Assembly (NCBI RefSeq): GCF_004010195.1
Contig: NC_057728.1
Span: forward strand, 44,358,358 to 44,402,619
Direction of reading: 5' to 3'
DNA length: 44,262 nt
DNA from: Chiloscyllium plagiosum
Taxonomy: Eukaryota
Part shown: positions 24,316 to 37,159 of the stretch, piece after piece
How positions within the stretch are numbered: position 1 is the stretch's first letter
Layout: each line of letters begins with the position of its first letter
Notes under the pieces: generated by a model
The model's database searches: none
Told to the model about the DNA's origin: nothing
Seen by the model: only the letters and a program-made list of their open reading frames with translations
Program-made: the position numbers and the translations under genes

Positions 24316-25780
24316 CTGGTTGTTCTCAAACTAAATAAATGTTTGTTATTCTGCTTTTCTCCTCAGTTACTGTTTTCTGCCTGTTTATTTTCCTGCTTAG
24401 TTAAATATGTAGACTTGAAAAGAATTTATGATACTTCACTTAGAAGTAAAATGTAAAATCGTTTTTCACTTTCTTTTTTCCTTATCTTTACCTTCTCTCA
24501 ATTTTTTCCCCTTTCTCCTTTTCCACCCCACTCTTCTTACCCTCTGACTATAATCGTCCTCTAACTGCTTGTTGCACTAAACTCAAGAATCATATTAAAA
24601 GACACAACCTAGAAATTGCATTTTGCAGCTTCTAATTTCTGACAAGAATGCAGATGCAAAGATATCCAGTTTAGGAGACCAATTGCCCATAAAATATGTT
24701 CAATGTCATAGGAACCTCTGTACTGCTGAGGCATACCTTGTCTGCTTAAAAACAATCAGCCCACTTTATTACACTAACATTGAGATTTATAAAATTAGAG
24801 TTGGTATCAGTGCTAGGAAGAGAGATAAGGAATGTGATTGAGGCAAATTCAGTAATATATAAGATTACAACTAATCTAGGATTATGCTTATTAAGTCAAT
24901 GATAATTTTTCTTTGAATTACAATAAAACTTTTGGTGCAACATATGTCATGTATCTGCTTTACCAGCTCTGCTCACTGTCGCCACAAAACTAACAAAAAT
25001 GCCACCTGTTGCACAGTGGAAAGATGAAGTTTTTCCTCCTGTTGCCATCCCCTCCAAAACTGCATCTGAGTTGCAAGAAGCCCTTCCCAATATCTCTGCT
25101 TTTGGCCATTTCCCTGGTATCCAGATAGGAATTGATTGCAAGCCCCAACATAAGTTGGTTTTCCTTTAAATAGTGCCAGTGGTATTGATTTCCTATTCCC
25201 ATTAGGCAAGTATAAGTCTGCTAAAAGTGAACACAATTCACTTTCTTCCCTCTCACTGCCTCAGCTTATGTGAGCAAGCACATCGTTGAGGGTCATTGTC
25301 TGACTTACCCCCCCTCTTCAGCCAATTACAGTTCTTAGACTGGTGCAATGATCTGCTCAAAGAGTGCCTTTAAAATTTCATGCATATGTTAGAAAAAGTC
25401 CTTACCGTTTTTTAGCTTCTGACACCTCATGGCTGAGCAATTCCACCTACTGAGGGCTGCCACGCTTTCCTGTTTCTCTAAAGAACCACATTTATATCAG
25501 TAAAATATTAAATCAAAGCTGAGTACCTGAGATTACTTCTCAGGCATGGACTTGGCTTAATGAGAAGCAGCACACTAGGCAAGAGCTAGAATAAACATAA
25601 TTTTAGCCCATTCTGGCACACAGAACTATCTATATTAATGTATTGGGCAGCAAGTGCATCCCAAATATTAAGTTACTGTTAGGAATAATGTAGTTCATAG
25701 CATTAGTGAGGTTTGAGAAGATTTGTAGCTTAGGTTGAGGTGCTGGATATAAGTTTGCTCGCTGAGCTGGAAGGTTCATT

Positions 25781-25822
25781 TTCAGACATTTCGTCACCAT
25801 ATTAGGTGACATCATCAGTGAA
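25781..25822 (-). ncRNA. Type I minimal hammerhead (family C), inverted copy
   Basis: TTCA-CTGATGA-T-GTCACC-TAATAT-GGTGAC-GAAATGTC-TGAA; helices I and II pair perfectly. Confidence 0.75.
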
Positions 25823-25914
25823 CCTCAGTGAAGCACTAGTGGTATTGCCTGCTTTTTATTTATGTGGTTAGGTTTCCTGTGGTTAGTGATGCCATTTCCT
25901 GTTCTGAGAAATTT

Positions 25915-27930
25915 TGTGTCAAAAAACTTTACACACTGATGCAACAGACCATGAATGGACAGACACAGTACAACAAGCCGTAGACATTAGGCGGCAACAA
26001 ACACAGAAAATGAAAAAGTAGACCTCCAGAAAAAAAAACTTGACAAACTGACACAAAATAACAACACAGAAGCATGGATAAAAAAAAAACTTAACTGACC
26101 GACCCTTAACTGACACTGAAAAAGCCATCTTTGTAGGAGGATTAAATTACAACTTCCAGGATGCGGACAAAGAAGATTTCTTAGCAGCATTAGAAACAAC
26201 ACTGAAAGACAACAAACTCACAGAAGAAACCCAGCAAACCATCAGATTGACAGTCTCACCAACATTAATCAGGAAAAATGAAGGAAAAACACTCAATTCA
26301 CAAAAAAGGAAAGCACTAGAAGGACCATAAAAAGATAAAAATATTATTATCCTACCTGCAGACAAACGATGCTTGACAGTCATTTTAAATCAAAGAGACT
26401 ACATTGAGAAAGTGAACACGCTGCTTGCGGATACCAACACTTACCAACAAGTGGTGATAGACCCAACCCCGCAATTAGAGATCCAAATCATAGCCCTACT
26501 CAAAAAACTTCAGAAATCTGGAGAAATTAATAAGACCCACTGACAGAAAATGATACCAGATGGATCCAATACACCATGCTTCTTTGGATTACCGAAAATT
26601 CACACACTAAGAGCCCTCCTCAGACCCATAGTCTTGCTACCTGGAACACCAACCTACAGATTAGCCAAGGAGCTACACCAAAGACTAAAACAATTAGTAG
26701 AAGATTCACACCACTCCATCCACTCCACCCAAAAGGTCTGAAGACGATCAAAGACACCAAGATAGAAGATGATGAAATAATGCTGCCCTTTGATGTAACT
26801 GCCCTATTCACATCCATCATCAACCTGACCATTGGAAACACTGACGACAATTTAAAAACCAAAGGCACATACACCAAATACTACCGACTTCTTCAGCAAG
26901 GAAAATATCGTCAAGCTAGTGGATCTAAACCTCACCATCCAGAATAAAACCTATAGATAAACAAACGGAATGCCCATGGGATCTCCAATATCAGGGTTCT
27001 TAGCAGAGGCAGTAATGCAGAGACTCAAACAGTTCTGCCAACAACCCAACCCAAACTTTGGGTCCGCGACGTGGATGACACCTTTGTCATCACTACAAAA
27101 CAAATAGGAGGAAACCTTCAAGACCATCAACAATACCCTGATTGGCATAAAATTCACGAAAGAGGATGAAAACAACAACAAATTGCCTTTCCTAGATGTC
27201 GCAGTAGAGCGAACAACCAATGGGGAGCTTCAAACCAGCGTGTATGGGAAAACAACACATACGGACCAAATGCTGAACTACAGAAGCAACCACGATAACA
27301 CACACACAGAGCTGTATTAGAACATTATTTCAATGAGCCACCATATAATGCAGCACAGAAGAACTACGAAGAGCAGAGGAAAATCACCTATACAGTGTAT
27401 TCAAAAAGAACGGACTCCCAATAAACACAGTCCGCGAATTTCTCAGCAACACACCCAAACAAGCAGACAAAACAAGTCCAGAAACCCTAGTCACTCTCAG
27501 CTACATCAAACACATCTTGGAAATGACTGCCAGGCTACTCACACCCCTTGGCACCATGGAAGCCCACAAATGTATCAACACACTAAAACATCCACTAATG
27601 AACTTGAAAGACCATAGACAGAAAACAAGCAAAACTAATGTCATTTATAAAATACCTTGCAAGAACTGTAACAAACACTACATTGGACAAACAGGCAGAA
27701 AGCTAGCTACTAGGATACATGAGAGTCAACTATCCACAAAAAGACATGATCCACTCTCAATAGTATCCTTACATACAGATGAGGAAGGACACCACTTCGA
27801 CTAGGACAACACATCCATCCTAGGACAAGCCAACAGAGACATGCGTGAGAATTCCTAGAAGCATGGCACTCCAACCAGAACTCTATCAACAAGCAGGTTG
27901 ACTTGGATCCCATTTACCACCCCTGCAAAA
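25915..27930 (+). pseudogene. Penelope RT + GIY-YIG endonuclease, disrupted
   Basis: ILPADK, FFGLPKIH..LRPIV, FDVTALFTSI, GMPMGSPISG, RDVDDTFV, LPFLDV, VIYKIPCKNCNKHYIGQTGR. Confidence 0.92.
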
Positions 27931-28002
27931 AAGAACAGGAAATGACATCACCCACTCAAGGAAACCTAAACACAAATAAAAACTGGGCCAAACCATCCGT
28001 GC

Positions 28003-28044
28003 TTCACTGATGATGTTACCTAGTATGGTGATGAAACGTCTGAA
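28003..28044 (+). ncRNA. Type I minimal hammerhead (family C)
   Basis: TTCA-CTGATGA-T-GTTACC-TAGTAT-GGTGAT-GAAACGTC-TGAA; helix I TTCA/TGAA, palindromic ACGT, GUC triplet. Confidence 0.8.
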
Positions 28045-28725
28045 ATCGAACCTTCCAGCTCAGTGAGCAAACTTACATCCATGAACTTTTATTATTTGCT
28101 GTAAGTACATATGTGATTGCCTTGTGGATCATTCTTCAGTAATACAAAACTCTTTTGTTGGGGGCAGGACAACTGATCCATTACAAATGATAGTGTTGTT
28201 ATTTAGTTCTAGATGATTATGCCTGACAGTGTTAATTACTGGGAATATTCTTGTTTAATGAATTCTATTCATATTCTCCTCTGGTTCACTCTGTATTCAT
28301 TCCTACTTCACAGCAGTAACATTTTGCACCACTGGCTTCCATTGACCTCCCAAACTTCCAATCATACTTTTATTTTGATAGACTTGTGTATATTGGAGAA
28401 TCTTAGTAAATTTTGCCAGCGAGCCTTATTTAGCATTTTTAACATTGACAGGAGATTGAAAATCTTGCAGATTATGCACACTGACATTTGTTTATTGCAA
28501 TAAGCATTAGGATTCAGTTTCCAAACAAGTGATCAGCTTGAAATTCAAAATGGATAGTTTAATATGCAAAGTAAAGCCTTTGTTTTGTTGTTGACAGGCT
28601 TCTAATTTTCCAATTGTTTGCAGACACATTCTTTAATATGCAAACCTATTATTTTTATTGCACTGTCAGCAATGGTATTTGGATGATGTTTTTGGAAAAC
28701 AGAAGGACCTTTATAGTACCAAAAT

Positions 28726-28781
28726 TTTTTGAAGTGTACTTCAAAGTGTACTTTTGAAGTGCACCTTTTTGAAGTGTACTT
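28726..28781. repeat. Short tandem array, 4 x AAGTG(T/C)AC
   Basis: GAAGTGTACT-TC-AAAGTGTACT-TTT-GAAGTGCACC-TTTTT-GAAGTGTACT. Confidence 0.6.
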
Positions 28782-29724
28782 GTGGGACAACATTAAAAAC
28801 AAATAAATACCAAGAAACTATACTTTTTCATGAAGCTTTATTTCAGAGAAAAAAGATTGAATTATTTCAAAGAAAATGAATGTTCCTATCGAATATGCAG
28901 ACATATCCATTAAACCCAGTGCTCAAATTGCTTTCTCATCACCTTTAAGATAGATAATAATTACATAATTTGTTATTTGCTGTAACGTGCAAGTTTCCTA
29001 TAGGTTATCTTTCAAAGTGATGTTGAAGACTTGACTAGATCAATTAAGTGTTTCTACTTAGGCCATTTATTCTTAGATGAACTATTATAATCCAGGGTTA
29101 TATTCAACAACGTATTATTGCAAAGGTTTACACAATGAATAATTAAGGAAGTGATGGGCAGCATATTAGCAAAAGTAAAGAAAATATAAACATTGTGTGT
29201 TGCATTATTACTCAGTCAATACCTGGTGAAATGTTTTTAGAAGCTAAGTCACCTATCAATGTCCTGGATGTTAGAGATGTCTGATGATGACTGTTTTTGA
29301 AAAGAGTAACAACCTCAAGAATAATTGATGTACAAGGTACTGCATAAGCAAACCTCTCTTTTAGAATCAGCAATACAAAGGTCTGTTTGGGATAATTACC
29401 ATGTCTTTATCTCCTTTTGTAAAGATTGCATTATATCAAAGGAAGAGGCTAATAAAATAGCCAAATAATGTTATGCCTGAGAATTGGGAGCATATTAAAA
29501 TTCTACACAGCTGGACCAAGTTAAGTATTAGGACAGGAAAAATAAAATATAAATGTAAACTAGAAAGATGCATAAAAATGGATTATAAAAGCTTTTGTAG
29601 ATACATAAAACAGAAAAGATAGGCATAAAAAATGTAACTTCATTATGAGCAGAGTCCGAAAAACTTATAATTCAATATAGAAAATGGTACAGAAACTAAA
29701 CAAATATCTGGTGTGAATTTAACA

Positions 29725-30800
29725 CCACTCTGGTGCAACCCAAATTGATTGCACCTTCCCTCCTGACTGGGGTTTGAGCCATGTTTAGTCCTACGGGGAA
29801 AGTTCAATCAGTTTGAGGATTACATGTAGCTTTTCAAGTGCTGTTGAAAAAAAGCAGTCCAGGTGTTGGGCCAGATTTCCTGCAATGACACAAAAGGAGT
29901 GACTGAGTATATTGGAAGTGAATTCAAGAGCAGTTGGGAGTCATGCATGAGCTGGCTTGGTGATGAGGTGCCACCAGTGAATGAGTATGAAGCTCATAGG
30001 GCAAGAAGGGTTAGTAATTGGGAAATCAGGTTGGTGAGAATTGTGGAGTGGATGTGATGCATGTAATACTGAGAGTTGTAGTTCATGAGCCTTTGCGCGA
30101 GGAGTGTGCAGTGATAGAGATAGATGAGTGGTCTGCCAAAGTAGATAACCTCATTTTACTAAATTGTATTCCATCTGCCAAATTTCTGCCCACTTATTTA
30201 GCCTCTTCAGATCCCCTTGAAGTACCTTTGCATTCCCTTAATAATTCATGTGTGAGGTAGCATAGAGAAGGTAGTGTCATTTACCTTTGAAGAGCGCAGA
30301 AGACCATTGACCTGCCTCCTGCACTGCTGGATGCCTTGCTTCACACACAACAATGACCTGGGCTACAATTTATTTTCAGGCTGGCTTAGTCTAGTGGCAC
30401 AGCTTTCTGTAAGAAATCAATCTTCTCCACTTCTTTGTCCACCAACACCTCCAGCTTCCTGCCCCAAAGTGGGAAGTGAACTTTCCTTTCCAAGGGTCAT
30501 GCCTTAAATGTAGAGACTCGAGAACCACTTTCTAAGTTTTCAGCATCTGAGGTAGTGTGCAGCTGGGCTTTAGAAATGGTATCAGAGGCAGGAAAGCTGG
30601 AAGGCCCCAGCACTGGTGTGCACTTCAGTCTGTCAGGCCACATGGTTCTCTAAAAAAGTGCCAAAAAACACACACTGCATCATTCATGAGATGAAGAGTA
30701 AGCAATGATGTGAGAAAAGTCTCTCTCAGCCTTGGTGGATCAGACACATGAAGTACACATGACAAGGCACTTTGGATTAAAATAAATGAAAAATTATATC
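29725..30800 (-). mobile_element. Harbinger/PIF-like DNA transposon relic with Myb/SANT-like gene remnant
   Basis: Minus 30500-30285 reads LEVLVDKEVEK...TKPA*K*IVAQV...QQCRRQVNGLLRSSK, then donor GTAAAT at 30284 and candidate acceptor TTGCAG ending at 29880. Boundaries are inferred from the break in the host CR1. Confidence 0.55.
30133..30249 (-). repeat. 117-bp inverted copy of 31598-31714
   Basis: Direct comparison shows 2 mismatches in 117 bp. Confidence 0.95.
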
Positions 30801-32320
30801 CATTGTGTGTCTTCTGGGAGAATAGTTAAAAATTCCTAGAAATAATGGAACATTTAAAGACTCGTGTAGAATGTAGAACTACAAGGTGTTATTGTGACTA
30901 AGAAAAAAGCACTAGAGAAATTAGTAGGATGTAAAGTAGATAAATTCTCAGGACCTGATAATATGCATTGCAGAATATTCAAAGAAGAGGCTAAAGAGAT
31001 TGTAGATATGTCAGTAAACATCTTTCAAAACTTTCATGAGCTCTGAAACAGTTCCTACCACTTGAAATGTGGAAAATGTAACTCCACTAATTATGAAAGA
31101 AATGAGGGTGAAAATTGAGGAACTATAGATCTGCTAGCCCAACATCAGTCATAGGGAAATGCTAGAATCTAAAATAAGGATGCAGTAACAGGAGTAAATA
31201 ATAATCAGACTGGACAGAGTAAATATGGATTTAAGAAAGGGAAATCATATTTTCCAAATCTGATGGACATATTTTAGGATGTAACTAGTAGAATGGATAA
31301 GGAGAAACTGGGGGAATATGATCTATTTTGATTTCTGAAGGCTTTCAATAAGGTCCCACACAAAAAGTTAATAAAACAAATTATAGAGCACATGGAGTCA
31401 GGGGGAATTATACTGGCATAGATTGAGAACCAGTTGACAGACAGAAAATAATGAGTCAGAATAAATAGATTAATTTCAGGTTGGAAGGCTGTGACTCATA
31501 GGTTATTTCAAGTATGAGTGCTTGGGCCCCAACTCTTCGCAATACACACTAATGATTTCGGTTTGGGGATTAGATGTAATGTTTACAAGGTGGGTGTATG
31601 AATTATTAAGGGAATGCAAAGGTACTTCAAAGGGATTTGAAGAGGCTAAATAAGTGGGCAGAAATTTGGCAGATGGAATACAATTTAGTAAAATGAGGTT
31701 ATCTACTTTGGCAGGACAAACAGAAATAGAGTATTTCTAAATAGTAAGATGCTAGGAACTTCAAAGGGACTAGGATTCCTAGTTCATGAGCCATTGAAAG
31801 TTAACGTGCAGGCACAATGACAATTAAGGAGGCACATGGCATGTTGGCATTTATTACAAGAGAATTAGAGTATAGGAATAAAGATATTTTGCTGCAAGTA
31901 TACGGTTTTGATGAGACCACAATTGGACTATTGTGAGCAGTTTCACTCTTCTTAACTAGGGAAAGAATACTTATTATAGAGGGTGTGTGAATAAGGTTCA
32001 TCAAACCATATCCTGGGATGAAGAAATTTTTTTCCAATGAGGAAAGGCTTAATAACCTCGGCATACATTCTGTTCTGAAGACTGTGAGGTCATTTCCTTC
32101 AAATATTCAAAATTCTTACAGGTATCAACAGAGCAGATGGAGGAAGGTCTGGGACCCTGGGAAAGAGTCTCAGAACGAGGAGCTGGGCAATTAGGATTGA
32201 GTTGGGAGGAATTTCTTCAACTCAAAAATTCTCTGCTCCCGAGCTCTGTAGAGGCTTAGTTATTGATTCTGTTCAAGTCTGGGGTTGTTTGATAGATTTA
32301 TACATATTAAAAGCTTCATG

Positions 32321-32637
32321 GGAGCAGCAATGGCGGCACAGTGGTTAGCACTGTTGCCTCACAGCACCAGAGACTCTAGTTCAATTCTCGCCGCAGGCGA
32401 CTGACTGTGTGGAGTTTGCACATTCTCCCTGTGTCTGCGTGGGTTTCCTCCCACAGTCCAAAAATGTGCAGGTTAGGTGAATTGGCTATGCTAAATAGCC
32501 TGTAGTGTTAGGCGAAGGGGTAAATATAGGGGAATAGGTCTGGGTGGGTTGCACTTTGGCGAGTCGGTGTGGACTTGTTGGGCTGAAGTGCCTGTTTCTA
32601 CACTGTAAGTAATCCAAATGTAAGTAATCTAATCTAA
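32321..32637 (+). mobile_element. HE1-type SINE
   Basis: GGCACAGTGGTTAGCACTG head, same internal deletion as 2684-2974, AATCT tail. Confidence 0.9.
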
Positions 32638-34569
32638 CGATGCAGGAAAAGGGTGTGCAAGTGGATCAGTGATGATCTTTATGAATAATCTACTCCTACT
32701 CCCATTTCATATGTTCCTATGATTCCACTAACTCATGGATTTAGAAAAGACAATTTCACCACATTGTTTTAGCTTGATGATAAGAGTATTATACGTCCTC
32801 TTGTAAATGTCTCAACCTAATGTTGTATAGTTCAGGAGCAGCCAAGCTTTGTGTGGTAGCAAGCCTATCTTTAATTGTAGCTTTCAAATAAACTGCAACT
32901 GGTACTGTTGTCTCTGTGGAAATAGTCACTGCACTTCATAACATTATATGAAGTATTTTGGATTTTATTTTGAGACATAGTAGGTCACTTATGAAATCCA
33001 TATTTTATGGAATCTCTGGTGACAAGCAAATGTGTACTGCCAGCAGTGATGCTGAGAGCCAATTTTTTGGCTACAGGCAGGTTGAGCTGAGCCTGCTTAT
33101 ACAGAACAGAATTATGTTTCCTTCTATGAATTTTCCCACTATCACCAACCAACCCACACCCTCCTCCCCATCCTTACCTCTCCACACACTCTCATACATC
33201 CACTTGGGGAAAGCCGACATCCAGAAATTTAGTCTTGGAAGCTGCTTTAAATTGTTGCGCTTCTACGATCTTTGCACTTTCGTTCTGTGGCCACCAGTGC
33301 TCTAAATCTGCTGCACATTATACACAGGAGCATGGAGATCACTAACAGTTCGCCTCACCATTGTTGGAATACACAATTATTTTAAAGTCAAGCCAGCTGC
33401 TATAAAAAAATACCCTGCAAAATAAACAGAGCTATTTCAGCAGCAACTAGATCTGGATCTGGCAGTGGAAAACCGCTACAGGAAGCAGTTTACCATTAAA
33501 ATGAACCATAAATCCAAAGCATTTGCCGAAGAATCAGGCTTCCTATTATCGAATTGATAGGTGCACATAATTGCTGTTAATGGCAAAGAAACAATTTGTG
33601 GAAAGGGAAATTTTGGTATTAATTATAAAGGTATCAATTTTAATTATTGGCGGTAGGGGTTTCTACTAAAACTGGAAGTCATGTCTCTGAAAATTTATAG
33701 TTTCATCATTATTTCCAGCAGTTTGTTTGTAGTTTTAAAATACGAAGACCATGTTGATCATTATAATTAAAATTTAATTTGTAATTAGTTAACCTTATCC
33801 ATATCTTGGCGCATTAAGGTACAAGTCTTCATAAAAATAAAATATTGCTAAATGGTTAAAACATTAAATGAACCAACTTTGTATCACTTAGTGTCAACCT
33901 GGAGTTATTGTGGTATAAATTCTAGAGGCTGTACAAAAATAAACTCCAACCTCAGATAACTATAATGTATCTCCAGGTTTTATAGCCCTCACAGTAGGCT
34001 CATGAGCTTTAAAGCCCACTGTAGGTCCAGTCTGAGCCAATCTGACCATTAATATGTCTAAATAAAATGGAGTCATATATCACTGTTAGACCATATACAT
34101 GAGTGTGCTATGGGAAGCTGGAAGACCTCTAACCCATGCTGCATGCAATATATGAAGGGCTGCATTCTGATCTACAGGAGTCATGTTGAAACACATTGAA
34201 TTAATTACAATGTTGTTTTGAACTTACTGTGATTCCCATATTTTGATCAGTCAGAGGCTGAGTTGAAGAGACAGTTCAGTGATTTATCACAATATTCCAT
34301 CCTTTTCCATTTTGCATATTTGCAATGTCTGATTTGACATTTAAAATGAAAAATTAATTGTCTCTCATCTGCTGATTTAGAACCTTATTGCACGTAAGAA
34401 ATAATGTTGGCAAAGTTAATCAACTGAATTCATTTGAAGAGAGAATAATTCTGCAGAAAAGCATTGATTTCATGAACTGCATCACCATTTAATAAGCAGG
34501 CAAACACATGTACATCTTCAAAGAAAATTCCTGTACTATATCAGAAAACTGAGAATATCTATCAGAGTA

Positions 34570-34800
34570 GAAGACCTCGCAGAGTCTGAAAGCTGGTCTC
34601 CTGTATATCTTCGCTAAGATATTGAACTGCTTCCCAGGCATCTCGCTTTTCCTCCTTTGAACTCATTCTTTAAAACATATATCTTTGACCAGACTTATGA
34701 TCACCTGTCCTAATTTTTTTTCTGTGGTTAGAAATACTTATTGATTGTACTTTTTCGGAAACTTTACTGTGTGAAGGTGATATATAAATTATTGTTTTAT
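34570..34800 (+). mobile_element. L2-type LINE 3' tail relic
   Basis: TTAAAACATATATCTTTGACCAG...TCACCTGTCCTAA...AAGGTGATATATAAAT. Confidence 0.5.
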
Positions 34801-35139
34801 CGGTTTTGTTCTACAATAGTGATCACTTGGTGGGTTCTGGAAGCAGCTATTAAAGCATGAAATCTATTTCAATTCTTAGCTTTACTATATGCTCAGATGA
34901 GGTGGTCAGCACTTTCTGGTGAGTTTATAAACACAAGTTGTTAAAACATAATGTTGATAGAAGTGTTGTGACACAATTTGCAATCAGATTCTCTTCAAGC
35001 CATCATTCATACAACCTGGATGCTGGAGGATTGTTAATCTCAATGAGGTAGAGATGCTTGTGAAATATGAAATTAATGTATCATAATTAGTCAGGAAAAG
35101 TACTGAAACAAATATCAAGTACTCAGATGAAATGATACT

Positions 35140-35390
35140 AATTTTCACAAATACCAGATGTCCCAAAATACTTTACATCAATTGAAGTGATCTTTGGAAA
35201 TGTAGTTACTGTTATATTGTAGACAATACCTTAACGAACTGCAATAGTTTTCTTTGTAGCATTGGCATAGGATCTTTTTTATGTAAATTTAACATGGCAA
35301 ACAAAGCCTAAAATGTTGGAGTGAGTCCTGAACTTATAAGTGGGACTTGACAATTTTTTCCTTAGAGGTGAGTGAACTACTAACTAAGCT
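35140..35390 (-). mobile_element. Deu-domain SINE relic
   Basis: Reverse complement resembles 5410-5705 and has a B-box remnant GTCAAGTCCCAC. Confidence 0.5.
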
Positions 35391-36242
35391 TGGTATATAA
35401 TACTATATGTTAACCACAATTGTTATTGCTAAACTCCCACGTGGTAGAATTGCATTATAAATACCACAATGCACCATATACAGTATTATTTATACAAATA
35501 AATTATAACTGTTTCAAGCACTCGATTTATATTTTGAATTAGGCAGTGAAGGACTCCTAGAGATGACCAGAGGTTTTATTATAAATCTATAATTTAGTGT
35601 AAACATCAGCTTCCACCATTCCCTTCTGGACTTTTTGCCTCTCCAGAAGTCTAGAGAAGGAAGAAAGCAGCCATTGACCTTTTTAAAAATCAACCTGTTC
35701 AGACATGTTATGACATATCATTGGCTCATAAACTTCTAGCCCTAAGGTACAGACACTACAACTGCACCCTAAGAGCCCGAAGAAGCCATGTCTTTTTCAT
35801 TCATTTTATAAACCCATCAACTAATTAAACAAATAACAAATCACAAGTACTGTCCATGAGGGGCAGTCTATCAATAGCAATATTTTAAAAAAGCAAAAAG
35901 CTGCGGAGGGAAACAAAGGAGGAACTAACTTAAAATGCTGTCAAGATAAAGAAACTAGTTCTTTCTTTTTGTTTTTAAAACACCACCACAAAATCACCTA
36001 ATTGACTAATTGACAAAATAACAAGTTTACCCTCTCAGGTAAACAGAAGAGGTCCCTGCAGAACATATACTGTAGAATAGCTACTGAGTATGTGTGAAAG
36101 GAGCTGATCACAGTGACAACTGATCACATGAAACTGGAGCCTGAGACTGTAAACTTACAGAATATGGTCTCTATGAATACGTCTCGTCAATAGTTCTGTT
36201 CCATAAAGCTTATGTATCATCCGTCAGTTGAGTCAGATCAGA

Positions 36243-36470
36243 TAGGCAGCACAATAGTTAGCTCTGCTGCCTCACAGCGTCAGGGTCCTGGGTTCAATTC
36301 TAACCATGGGTAATTGTCTGTGTAGAATTTGCACATTATCCCCATGTCAGCGTGAGTTTCCATCGAGTGTATCAGTTTCCTCCCATACTCCAAAGATGTG
36401 AAGGTTTTGTGGATTGGCCATGCTAAGTTGCCCCATTATGTCTAGGAATATGCAGGCTAGATGGGTTAGC
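36243..36470 (+). mobile_element. Older HE1/V-SINE copy
   Basis: GCTGCCTCACAGCGTCAGGGTCCTGGGTTCAATTC...CCAAAGATGTG. Confidence 0.85.
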
Positions 36471-36479
36471 CTAATTGAT

Positions 36480-36622
36480 ATCTGTGAAAATTTGCTTTTT
36501 ACAAATTGTCTGCCATATATCTTATTAATCAACTGTGACTGTACTGCAAACAAACTTCATTGGCTAAAAATAAAATTTGGAGCATTCTGAGGTTGTGCTA
36601 GCTGCTATATAAATGCAAGCCA
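36480..36622 (+). mobile_element. Deu-SINE 3' tail relic
   Basis: CAAATTGTCTGCC...ACTTCATTGGCT...CTGAGGTTGTG...GCTATATAAATGCAAG. Confidence 0.55.
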
Positions 36623-37159
36623 CATTTTAATTGCACACTCTCACTGCCCCTAATGACTAATTGTACCTCCAGTATTGTAGCAGAAGCACTCCTTAAAGTT
36701 GATTGTGGTGAGACTTAATTGGCAGAGGCAGAAATAGAACAACAGCTAGATTGCTTGTGCAAATAAAGGATCAGTTCTTTTGGAATAATAGCATGGAAGC
36801 AGCGTAAAAGATTCAAACAAAACAAGACAAGCAGAAGAAATAGGTAACAGATATCAGCTCAAAATGTTGAGGAAATAATGAAGAAGGACAAAGTCCAAAA
36901 TCAAATTAAAACCAAAGCACCCAGAAATAAACTGAGCACATAAAGGATAGTGTATACGAGGGGAATAATAAAGAACAAATGGGGAGGAATAAATAGAGGG
37001 CAGTGAAATCACAAGTGTGCCAAAGTTCCTTAAGGCATTCATTACAACTGTAGAGACACATTGCTGATCTTCATGGAGAAATGATGACCCCGATATTAAC
37101 AGGGAGGATATGGTGAGTCTGATAACAAGGAAAACACAAAAAGGTCTAGAAAATAGAGA

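Larger units (their letters stand above)
25704..28086 (+). mobile_element. Penelope-like element (family C) with inverted 5' terminal repeat
   Basis: 25750-25906 is the reverse complement of 27932-28080; the ORF relic lies between them. No TSD found. Confidence 0.92.
29405..32720 (+). mobile_element. Long, old CR1 ORF2 relic interrupted at ~29725-30800 and 32321-32637
   Basis: DYKSFCRYIK, KFSGPDNMH, NVTPL, YGFKKGKS, KAFNKVPH, LGPQLF and WQMEYN in CR1 order. Confidence 0.85.

Noticed and set aside
25095..25145. Plus-strand FPGIQIGIDC resembling the Harbinger transposase FPxVxGxIDC motif
   Set aside because: Spacing is off and no downstream DDE motifs are visible.
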